The notes under the pieces were generated by a model. It was not told the origin of the DNA, searched no databases, and saw nothing but the letters and a program-made list of their open reading frames with translations. Positions 47,105 to 54,307 of a stretch of DNA of 64,000 bases are shown piece after piece. Position 1 is the first letter of the stretch; the number at the start of each line of letters is the position of its first letter. The translations under genes were made by a program, and so were the position numbers. Source of the DNA: Candidatus Kapaibacterium sp. (GTDB lineage: Bacteria; Bacteroidota; Ignavibacteria; Palsa-1295); NCBI GenBank assembly GCA_038210275.1, contig JBBQWV010000002.1, forward strand, positions 134,141 through 198,140, given 5' to 3'.

Positions 47105-47629
47105 TTACTCTAAATTTAACTCCGGCATCTGAGCATATCGCTTTGGCTCCGGAACGGATTTTGTTGTCTTAATAGTATTGACTATATTAATCGCTTCATC
47201 GCTTGATACTCGTTCAAAGAACGTCTCCCCAACTGCGATCATCGGTGCGCCGCCGCAAGCTCCCATACACTCGACTTCTTCGAGAGAGAACATACCGTCA
47301 CTTGTCCGCTCTAAATGTCCACAGCCAAGTTGAGCTTTGAGGTCTTCATAGATCTTTTCGCCTCCGCGCAGCATACAGCTTACGTTCGTGCAAACCTGAA
47401 CGTGGTAACGCCCCATCGGCTTTTCGAAATACATCGTATAAAAACTAACGACACCCAAGACATGACTTTTTGGCACGTCACAAAGACGTGCTGCTTCCTC
47501 CATCCCACGCTGATCGATCCAGCCATTCTTCTCCTGAATTTTCCAAAGGATAGGAAGTAGCGCTGCCTGAGGTTTTTCATAGCGCAGTTTAAGCGCTGCT
47601 ATTTCTGAGAGTTCTTGTTCGGTAAACAT
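47105..47629 (-). CDS. nuoE: NADH-quinone oxidoreductase subunit E (24-kDa, 2Fe-2S)
   Basis: Thioredoxin-like 2Fe-2S pattern C..C...CMGACGGAPM. Confidence 0.85.
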   Translation of the reverse strand: MFTEQELSEIAALKLRYEKPQAALLPILWKIQEKNGWIDQRGMEEAARLCDVPKSHVLGVVSFYTMYFEKPMGRYHVQVCTNVSCMLRGGEKIYEDLKAQLGCGHLERTSDGMFSLEEVECMGACGGAPMIAVGETFFERVSSDEAINIVNTIKTTKSVPEPKRYAQMPELNLE

Positions 47630-47751
47630 AGTTTATAATGCAAAAATACGACGGAATTTTCACCTAAACCGTTCTTTTCAAGGATTTAACTTTTTTTTGC
47701 GTATCTTTGAACAATTTATTTCACTATTTAATAACTAATCGGAATAATTTT

Positions 47752-48852
47752 ATGAAAGAACTCCGCCTTTTCCTCACACTCCTTTTAGTATGTTGTACTA
47801 TATCGAGAGTTTCCGCTCAGGACGGACGGCTTGAACCAAAACCTGCAAGTGAAGATGAACTTGCAGTGATCAAGCGCGGAGCCGACCTTAATGATGAGGG
47901 AAAGTATGGTGACGCGATTGAAGAGTTCAATAAGGTGCTTGTAAAAAATCCTGATTGCGTTCAGGTAATGTATGAAATGGCAAATACCTATTATGCTAAA
48001 GGAGATTCCAAAAAATCAATGGAATTTGCAGATAAGGGTTTGAAGTACAAATCTCAATATTTGCCGCTTTTTTATGTATTAGAAGGCAGTATTGAAGACG
48101 ACAACAAAAACCCCGACGGAGCGATCGCAGATTATAAAAAAGCTATAGCTGTCTCCCCTAAATTCCAATCTGCATATTTTAATCTGGGCATTACCCTCCG
48201 AAGAATGGGAAAAACTGAGGAGGCGTTAGATAATCTCAAGCAATCGGTAAAACTTAAACCAGAGCATTCTTCATCGAATTTGCAGATAGCAGATATTTAC
48301 CGGATGAGGAATCAGAAAATCCCGGCATTCATGGCATACATGTCTTATCTCTATTTTGCAGATGACGAAGATAAACGCATTCCGCGTGTTATTGAAGAGC
48401 TCAGAAAATTGGCAGGTGGCGGAGAAAAAAATGCAAGCGGTGGAATGAATATCTCCTTATCTATGGATTCGACAGAAGGAAATTTCTTTGGCTCTGAACT
48501 GATGATGGGCCTCGATGCTGCAAGTGATTTAGATAAAGCGATAGATTCTGCTAATAAAACTCAAACTACTCCATTCGAAAAGGAAATTCATAGATATAAT
48601 ATGATCATTCGTTCGATATATGTTGATGCTTCTAAATATGTTGATCCTTCTAAAGAACATCATGAAGGATTTGCAATGCAATTTTATGCTCCATTTCTTC
48701 GATCAATGCAAGAATCCGGTAATACAGATACATACTGCCATATCATTGGCATCCGTATTGATAAAGAAGAAGCGAAAGAGTGGTTTGACAAACATACAGA
48801 TGATTTCAAAAAATACTGGGCATGGGAAAAAGAATATTACTCCAAGAAATAA
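47752..48852 (+). CDS. tetratricopeptide-repeat (TPR) protein, secreted
   Basis: Signal peptide MKELRLFLTLLLVCCTISRVSAQ. Several TPR units (…AYFNLGITLRRMGKTEEALDNLKQSVKL…). Confidence 0.6.
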   Translation: MKELRLFLTLLLVCCTISRVSAQDGRLEPKPASEDELAVIKRGADLNDEGKYGDAIEEFNKVLVKNPDCVQVMYEMANTYYAKGDSKKSMEFADKGLKYKSQYLPLFYVLEGSIEDDNKNPDGAIADYKKAIAVSPKFQSAYFNLGITLRRMGKTEEALDNLKQSVKLKPEHSSSNLQIADIYRMRNQKIPAFMAYMSYLYFADDEDKRIPRVIEELRKLAGGGEKNASGGMNISLSMDSTEGNFFGSELMMGLDAASDLDKAIDSANKTQTTPFEKEIHRYNMIIRSIYVDASKYVDPSKEHHEGFAMQFYAPFLRSMQESGNTDTYCHIIGIRIDKEEAKEWFDKHTDDFKKYWAWEKEYYSKK

Positions 48853-48897
48853 ATCTTACTCCTCTTATTGAAAAATACCTATTAGGAAGCGAATCCT

Positions 48898-48935
48898 TTA
48901 AAAGTTGAAAACCCGACGAAATTGCTTTCGGCGGG
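48898..48935 (-). terminator. minus-strand intrinsic terminator (hairpin CCCGCCGAAAGCAATTTCGTCGGG then TTTTCAACTTTT), about 190 nt downstream of nusG
   Basis: 10-bp stem with one mismatch, followed by a T-rich tract on the minus strand. Confidence 0.4.
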
Positions 48936-49122
48936 CTTCCAGGAGGTCACTATGAAACACACAGAACGTGAGACTGAAGTGTTGGTGAGACACTAACCAA
49001 TATATATGCAATTGGTGTGCCAAACTTCTTCAACTCAGAAAATTATTTTGAGCCATAGGTAACTCTATATAAATCAACGAACTAAGTTTATATTTTCCGT
49101 ATCTCCTATTACCCATCTTCCC

Positions 49123-49674
49123 TTACTCAGGCTCAACCTGACCATAATCCAGTTCAACAGGTGTCTTCCTGCCGAAGATAGAAACCTCGACTTTGAGCTT
49201 TTGCTTATCGTCATTGATCTCTTTGATCTGCCCTTGGAATCCGTTAAAAGGTCCATCAATGACCTTAACAGGCTGTCCTAAGAAGTACTTCACCTCCGGA
49301 GACTCCGTATCCTTCTTTTCTTCGACCTTACCCAAGATGCGACGCATCTCATCGGCATGAAGAGCTGTCGGGCGATCTTTTGAAGGACCAACGAAGCTCA
49401 CGACACTTGGAATCGAGAGGATAATATCAATGATCTTCTTATCAATCGCGGCTTCCAAAAGGATGTAGCCGGGAAGAAAGCTCTTTGTTTTGACGCGTTT
49501 TTTTCCATCGCGCACTTCGAACACTTTCTCGACGGGGATAACCACTTCCAAAACACGGTCAGCAAGCCCACGGCGCTTCATCTCATCTTCGATGTATGCC
49601 TTGACCTTATTTTCATGCCCGGTGAAACACCTAAGGGCATACCATTTCATTTGTGTCGCTTGCAGTTCGCTCAT
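49123..49674 (-). CDS. nusG: transcription termination/antitermination factor NusG
   Basis: NGN domain (KWYALRCFTGHENKVK) and C-terminal KOW (GQPVKVIDGPFNGFQGQIKEI). Confidence 0.9.
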   Translation of the reverse strand: MSELQATQMKWYALRCFTGHENKVKAYIEDEMKRRGLADRVLEVVIPVEKVFEVRDGKKRVKTKSFLPGYILLEAAIDKKIIDIILSIPSVVSFVGPSKDRPTALHADEMRRILGKVEEKKDTESPEVKYFLGQPVKVIDGPFNGFQGQIKEINDDKQKLKVEVSIFGRKTPVELDYGQVEPE

Positions 49675-49689
49675 TTGTGGAGTTCGGTC

Positions 49690-49926
49690 TTAGAGTGAAT
49701 AAACAAGGCGCAGGACGACTTCGAAGATCTTATCCACGCCAAAGACGAATGCCGAAAAAAGAACGCATAATCCAAGCGTCACAAGCGTTGCGTCAAGAAG
49801 CTCTTCGCGCGTCGGCCATGTAACCTTCTTCATCTCCTTGTTTACGTCGATGAAGAAACCAATGGTCTTGTCTTTAAGACTCTTTCGCTCAGGAGCGAGT
49901 TGTGTTGAAACGAGTGTATCTGCCAT
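49690..49926 (-). CDS. secE: preprotein translocase subunit SecE
   Basis: 78 aa with a single C-terminal TM helix (TLVTLGLCVLFSAFVFGVD). Conserved position between tRNA-Trp and nusG. Confidence 0.85.
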   Translation of the reverse strand: MADTLVSTQLAPERKSLKDKTIGFFIDVNKEMKKVTWPTREELLDATLVTLGLCVLFSAFVFGVDKIFEVVLRLVYSL

Positions 49927-49930
49927 AATC

Positions 49931-50019
49931 CTTGATAAAAAAGCTAAAAGCTAGAAGCTAAAAGCTAAAAAAAATAGATCGTTGGGCGTCAAACTTTTAG
50001 CTTTTGGCTTCTAGCTCTT
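49931..50019. repeat. long A/T-rich inverted repeat (about 30-bp arms of AGCTAAAAGCT-type units) between tRNA-Trp and secE
   Basis: AAAAGCTAAAAGCTAGAAGCTAAAAGCTAAAA ... TTTTAGCTTTTGGCTTCTAGCTCTTCGCTTTT. Could form a stem of about 30 bp in the minus-strand transcript. Confidence 0.55.
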
Positions 50020-50032
50020 CGCTTTTGTATCG

Positions 50033-50105
50033 CACGTCAGGAGGGAATTGAACCCCCAACCAACGGTTTTGGAGACCGCTACTCTACCAATTGAGCTACT
50101 GACGT
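50033..50105 (-). tRNA. tRNA-Trp (anticodon CCA)
   Basis: Minus-strand sequence ...AGCTCAATTGGTAGAGT.GCGGTCTCCAAAACCGT..GGGGGTTCAATTCCC... Cloverleaf with CCA anticodon. No encoded 3' CCA. Confidence 0.8.
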
Positions 50106-50142
50106 GTCTGAAAGCTGACAGCAACCGCTGGCAGCCTACAGC

Positions 50143-50292
50143 TTATTTGGTCTCTTTGTGGATCTGACGCTTTCTGCAGCGCGAGCAAAACTTCTTGTAC
50201 TCCACACGTCCTGATTGCTTGCGCTTGTTTTTGGTCGCAGAGTAGTTACGCTCTTTGCACTCAGTACATTCTAACGTTATAATGTCTCTCAT
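50143..50292 (-). CDS. rpmG: 50S ribosomal protein L33 (zinc-ribbon type; below the 60-aa ORF-track cutoff)
   Basis: Translation [49 protein letters not shown] closely resembles Bacillus-type L33 ([24 protein letters not shown]...KKYCPRC..HT.HKE.K). AGGA Shine-Dalgarno sequence 8 nt upstream. Confidence 0.85.
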   Translation of the reverse strand: MRDIITLECTECKERNYSATKNKRKQSGRVEYKKFCSRCRKRQIHKETK

Positions 50293-50355
50293 TGTCGTAT
50301 TCCTTTCGTAAAAAAAATCTTTGGTAGAGACGCACCATGGCGCGTCTCTACGTAG

Positions 50356-50428
50356 AGCGGGAGACGAGACTCGAACTCGCGACCAACAGCTTGGAAGGCT
50401 GTGACTCTACCAACTGAGTTACTCCCGC
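50356..50428 (-). tRNA. tRNA-Gly (anticodon TCC)
   Basis: Minus strand GCGGGAGTAACTCAGTTGGTAGAGTCACAGCCTTCCAAGCTGTTGGTCGCGAGTTCGAGTCTCGTCTCCCGC. Anticodon loop CTTCCAA. Confidence 0.8.
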
Positions 50429-50507
50429 AAAAACAAACTTAAACTTTAATGCTTAAAAAACTTCTTCCCCATTTCAGCATTAAACTTTCGAGGCGTAGCC
50501 TCGGCAG

Positions 50508-50580
50508 AGCTCACGATCGGGATTGAACCGACGACCTCGTCCTTACCAAGGACGTGCTCTACCAACTGAGCTACGTGAGC
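50508..50580 (-). tRNA. tRNA-Thr (anticodon GGT)
   Basis: Minus strand GCTCACGTAGCTCAGTTGGTAGAGCACGTCCTTGGTAAGGACGAGGTCGTCGGTTCAATCCCGATCGTGAGC. Confidence 0.8.
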
Positions 50581-50586
50581 GACTTG

Positions 50587-50650
50587 GCAAGGATGAAGGA
50601 TGAATGATGAATGATGATTTTTTTTTCATCTTTCATCCTTCATCCTTCAT
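50587..50650. repeat. hairpin built from tandem heptamers (GGATGAA/TGATGAA)n with a T9 loop between tRNA-Tyr and tRNA-Thr
   Basis: GGCAAGGATGAAGGATGAATGATGAATGATGATTTTTTTTTCATCTTTCATCCTTCATCCTTCATCCTTGCC. Near-perfect arms of about 20 bp. Confidence 0.7.
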
Positions 50651-50657
50651 CCTTGCC

Positions 50658-50740
50658 CACGAAGTGGGCAGAGAAGGACTCGAACCTTCGTAGACGTAAG
50701 TCAGCAGATTTACAGTCTGCCCTCGTTGACCGCTTGAGTA
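50658..50740 (-). tRNA. tRNA-Tyr (anticodon GTA, long variable arm)
   Basis: Minus strand GGGCAGATACTCAAGCGGTCAACGAGGGCAGACTGTAAATCTGCTGACTTACGTCTACGAAGGTTCGAGTCCTTCTCTGCCCA. Confidence 0.8.
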
Positions 50741-50843
50741 TCTGCCCATGTTAGCTTCAAAAATAAACTTAAAGCTAAAAAACAAATCCATATCATTTTT
50801 TTACGCTCTTCCCTATCAAACCCATGAGACAAAAGCCTCAATG

Positions 50844-50916
50844 AGCCGGCAGACGGACTCGAACCGACGACCTGCTGATTACAAATCAGCTGCTCTACCA
50901 ACTGAGCTATGCCGGC
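50844..50916 (-). tRNA. tRNA-Thr (anticodon TGT)
   Basis: Minus strand GCCGGCATAGCTCAGTTGGTAGAGCAGCTGATTTGTAATCAGCAGGTCGTCGGTTCGAGTCCGTCTGCCGGC. Confidence 0.8.
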
Positions 50917-50968
50917 GTAAAAAATCAAATTCTCTCCCACCAATGTTGGCGGAAGAGAATTTAGCCCG

Positions 50969-50974
50969 ATTATA
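50969..50974 (-). promoter_or_regulatory. candidate -10 element (TATAAT) about 50 nt upstream of the tRNA cluster, with an adjacent imperfect palindrome abutting the tRNA-Thr 5' end
   Basis: CATTATAATC on the minus strand. Palindrome CTCTCCCACCAATGTTGGCGGAAGAG lies between it and the tRNA. Weak, no clear -35. Confidence 0.2.
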
Positions 50975-51071
50975 ATGATTTTCAGGCGTTTCTGGTTCCC
51001 AAAATCGGGTTTTTAACCAAAATAGCCGTAATAATTAAGACATCAACTATGAAAATCTATTGTCAGGATAG

Positions 51072-51788
51072 TTACTGAAAAAGGTTGTATTTTATTATGC
51101 ACCGTATAGCACTGAATCCATCCTTCCAGCCAATTTTTTTTCCTTCTTCGTACCTTCTTCCGTTATAGGATATACCAACTTCAAAGATTCTAAGATTCTC
51201 TTTTTTTGCTAGTCTTGCAATTTTTGCTGTTATCTCAGGTTCAAATCCAAATCTATTCTCCTGTAAAGTGATTCTCCGAAGAATTTCGATGCGAAATGCT
51301 TTATAGCAGGTTTCCATATCAGTAAGATTCAAATTACTGAGCATATTTGAAAGTCTTGTGAGAAACTGATTACCGAGATAATGCCAATAATAAAGCACTC
51401 GATGTGCCTCTCCCCCAACAAAACGAGATCCAAAAACAACATCAGCCTTCCCCTCGACAATGGGTTTAAGAATTTTCAAATATTCTCGTGGGTCATATTC
51501 TAAATCTGCATCTTGAATAATTGCTATGTCCCCTGTTACAGCTTCAAACCCTGTTTGCAAAGCAGCCCCTTTGCCACGATTGACATTGTGGCTGATTATT
51601 CTAACATTCGGAATATCCTTGAACACCGCCAATGACAGTAAGGTGTTATCAGTCGAAGCATCATTCACGACGACAACTTCTTTTTCAAGACCTAATGCAC
51701 TCAGATCTTGCGACAAGACAGTTTTAAGAAGTTCAGCAACTGAGCTTTCTTCGTTGTAAACCGGAATAATAATTGATAATAATTTCAT
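51072..51788 (-). CDS. GT2 polyprenol-phosphate glycosyltransferase (dolichol-P-mannose/glucose synthase-like; CsbB/GtrB type)
   Basis: [29 protein letters not shown] (DxD) motifs of GT2 Dpm1/GtrB-type enzymes. Confidence 0.75.
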   Translation of the reverse strand: MKLLSIIIPVYNEESSVAELLKTVLSQDLSALGLEKEVVVVNDASTDNTLLSLAVFKDIPNVRIISHNVNRGKGAALQTGFEAVTGDIAIIQDADLEYDPREYLKILKPIVEGKADVVFGSRFVGGEAHRVLYYWHYLGNQFLTRLSNMLSNLNLTDMETCYKAFRIEILRRITLQENRFGFEPEITAKIARLAKKENLRIFEVGISYNGRRYEEGKKIGWKDGFSAIRCIIKYNLFQ

Positions 51789-51853
51789 CGCTTTTGCAAT
51801 TAGTTGCCGTCTTAACAAATACAAACATAAGCAATGTTTGTATCAATACTTCC

Positions 51854-54307
51854 TTACAATAATGTTCGGCGGTTTTTTTGCTTTCGCCGAATTAAGAAAA
51901 TTCCTGATATACTCAAAAGAAATGTGATGGCACTGATGCTATAGCCTGCAGTATAAATATCCGGTTCGAAAATAAAAGTGATCGTTGATTTGCCGGAATT
52001 GATAGGAACTCCGCGCATACAGTAGTTGACTCTATAAATAGGCGTTTCTTCTCCATTAACATAACATTTCCAACCTGGATAATAAGAGTCTGTAATAATT
52101 AATAACCCCTTAGTGCTCGATTCGGCTAGAATTTCAACTTTCTCATTCTCATTTGTAGAAATGCGTACAGAATTTGATCCGGCTTGCCCTAAACTTGTAT
52201 CAAGAGGAGCATCTCCCTTTGTAAAAATGGCTGTTGTCCCATCAAAATTATTCTGTAATAATTCATCTTTGATTTCATTCTCGGTATTTAATATTTTACA
52301 TTTATATGCAATATAGGCACGGGGCTTAGAAAGAAGATTCTCATAGATCTTTACACCATCTGCGGAATAAACCGGGCGAAGAAAAGGCGAAGGAAGTTCT
52401 TTCTTTCCAGCAACAATATATTTTACGTTTACCAAACCAAGTAAATGCAAATCAAGTGAATCATAGCCTACATTTTTGAGATAGAAAGTAATAAAAGAAC
52501 GGCTCGTTAGGCTTTCATATCCATGTATATCATTAATTTTATAAACATTAGAACTATTTCGAATTAAAATGAAAGGATCTTTAGAAGCATCTCGCCACAC
52601 AATAAATCTGCTATCCGAAGAATCGCTACGCAAAAAATTGGAGATTGGGTTTTGAGGGTAAATAGGAAATTTTCCTTGGTCTATAGTTGGAAGCCAGATC
52701 CTTGAAAAAGTAAAAAGATCGACAATAGTCAGGAGTAAAATTATAGGGATAGCTTTTTTTTCAGCGAGTTTTCCACGGAGAAAATATGTAAGTGTAAGTA
52801 AAGAAACAATTCCTAATACGATCGGAAGCCATAACGCCAATGATGGTGTCGAATAGTAATCCAAGGTCTTGCTAATTCTTTCCATCATCCAACTTTCATT
52901 TCCCGCTCCGAATGCAGATTCTTGTATTTTCGGAATAAGGATATTTGAATACTTTCTGAGGAGCATTTCATAATTAAGATTAATATATACTGCTACTCCA
53001 AATAAAACAACAACCATACCGATAAATAAAAATTTTGTCCATCGGAAAAATCTTTTAAATGAATTTCGCAATTCCTGATTGCTAAGTAGGGATTGGAAAG
53101 CAACCGCCCCAATTATTGAGAGCGCAAAAGAGGCAACAATAAAGATTCTGTGGTATAAATAATAGTAAAGCGGTGTAGCGATCGGAAGTAAAATGGCACT
53201 AATACCAAGAACAATGAACGGACGTATTGATTTATTTTTCCAAAGAATAAAACACCCCCAAATTGCAAACAGGAATGGAAGGAAGCTGATAGCGCCATTA
53301 AAATTCATGGGGTCAAGATTTGCGATCTTCTTAAGATTAAATATTTGTGCATCGCCACTGAGAGTCGGGAATGCAAGAGTTGCAAGAAAAGGGATGCTCA
53401 GAATACGATGAAGAATTGTATATTCAGAATAAATACTCGAAGAGTTCAAACTTCCCCCACCAGTGATCGTCCTGAAAAATAACTCCAGTGTAGGAAGCCA
53501 CATTATTGCGGATAATCCAAACGAGACAGCACCGATTAGGACGAAAAGACCAACTCGTCGAAAGAATTTATTTTCATTAGTTCTATCAGGATATAGTAAT
53601 AGCACTCCTCCGACAATAAGAAGGGCATAAAAAGCAGTTTGTAGGGTACCTCCAAAAAAACAAAATGCAAGGAAAATAGATGAATAAATAATATTTTTAT
53701 TATCTCCGGTATTAAAATATCTCAGTATCATTAATACGACAAATGGCACCCAGCAAAAAGAGGCAATGATCCAACGATTTGCTGCAGTTGAGATAAACAT
53801 ACTGTTCAGCATATATGCTGAAGAGAAAAGCAGATTAATTAATTGATGAACTCCAAAAAATCGTAAAAGAAAAAGCATTCCAATGCCTGCAATCAACAAT
53901 TCAAGTACTGTTTCCCAATGAATTGCATCAACAGCATTCAGCCAGAATAAAAGGATATTAAACACATCAAAATTATTTGCCATCGTTTCCGCATATTCCG
54001 GGTACCCTGCAAGAATATGAGGATTCCAATAGGCAAGTTTTCCACGCTTGAGAGCTTCTTGAGTCTCAATCTTGTATGGATAGGTCTGTGCGAGTCCGTC
54101 TAAAAAATAATGGTTTTGAGATTGTGGGTTATGATATTCTCCGTTAAAAGGAGCAGTCATCGTATCAAATAGATCTGACGGAAGAAATGTCTTGCCGGCA
54201 AAAAGATAAGGTAAGAAAGTCAAACAAAGCAATGCAATAAGAGCAACAATAAGCCACCGAAGTGGATACGGTCTGTAATTTGTACCGGGGAAAATACTGG
54301 TTGTCAT
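51854..54307 (-). CDS. YfhO-family polytopic membrane protein (putative GT-C glycosyltransferase), paralog 1, 817 aa
   Basis: About 13 TM segments with a large C-terminal extracytoplasmic domain. Conserved N-terminal block DLFDTMTAPFN..Y...Q.HY..DGLAQ..PYKIET..A..RG.LAYWNPHIL.GYPEYAE is shared with the next gene. Confidence 0.6.
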   Translation of the reverse strand: MTTSIFPGTNYRPYPLRWLIVALIALLCLTFLPYLFAGKTFLPSDLFDTMTAPFNGEYHNPQSQNHYFLDGLAQTYPYKIETQEALKRGKLAYWNPHILAGYPEYAETMANNFDVFNILLFWLNAVDAIHWETVLELLIAGIGMLFLLRFFGVHQLINLLFSSAYMLNSMFISTAANRWIIASFCWVPFVVLMILRYFNTGDNKNIIYSSIFLAFCFFGGTLQTAFYALLIVGGVLLLYPDRTNENKFFRRVGLFVLIGAVSFGLSAIMWLPTLELFFRTITGGGSLNSSSIYSEYTILHRILSIPFLATLAFPTLSGDAQIFNLKKIANLDPMNFNGAISFLPFLFAIWGCFILWKNKSIRPFIVLGISAILLPIATPLYYYLYHRIFIVASFALSIIGAVAFQSLLSNQELRNSFKRFFRWTKFLFIGMVVVLFGVAVYINLNYEMLLRKYSNILIPKIQESAFGAGNESWMMERISKTLDYYSTPSLALWLPIVLGIVSLLTLTYFLRGKLAEKKAIPIILLLTIVDLFTFSRIWLPTIDQGKFPIYPQNPISNFLRSDSSDSRFIVWRDASKDPFILIRNSSNVYKINDIHGYESLTSRSFITFYLKNVGYDSLDLHLLGLVNVKYIVAGKKELPSPFLRPVYSADGVKIYENLLSKPRAYIAYKCKILNTENEIKDELLQNNFDGTTAIFTKGDAPLDTSLGQAGSNSVRISTNENEKVEILAESSTKGLLIITDSYYPGWKCYVNGEETPIYRVNYCMRGVPINSGKSTITFIFEPDIYTAGYSISAITFLLSISGIFLIRRKQKNRRTLL

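Noticed and set aside
48853-49122. I considered whether the non-coding stretch after nusG is tmRNA, SRP RNA or RNase P RNA.
   Set aside because: There is no tag-peptide reading frame ending in ALAA-stop, no SRP domain IV GGAA/AGCA motifs and no RNase P P4 consensus. It stays an unassigned candidate sRNA/UTR.
50587-50650. I considered whether the heptamer tandem repeats could be a CRISPR array.
   Set aside because: The repeat unit is 7 nt with no spacers, the array is a single self-complementary hairpin between tRNAs, and there are no cas genes. It is not a CRISPR array.
50033-50916. I considered whether the tRNA cluster is an integration hotspot or genomic-island boundary.
   Set aside because: There is no integrase, no direct repeat of a tRNA 3' end and no GC shift. 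Downstream genes are the conserved secE-nusG partners.
50748-50975. Plus-strand ORF 50748..50975 and minus-strand ORF 50710..50943 lie over tRNA-Thr/tRNA-Tyr.
   Set aside because: They overlap two confidently folded tRNA genes and are not protein-coding.
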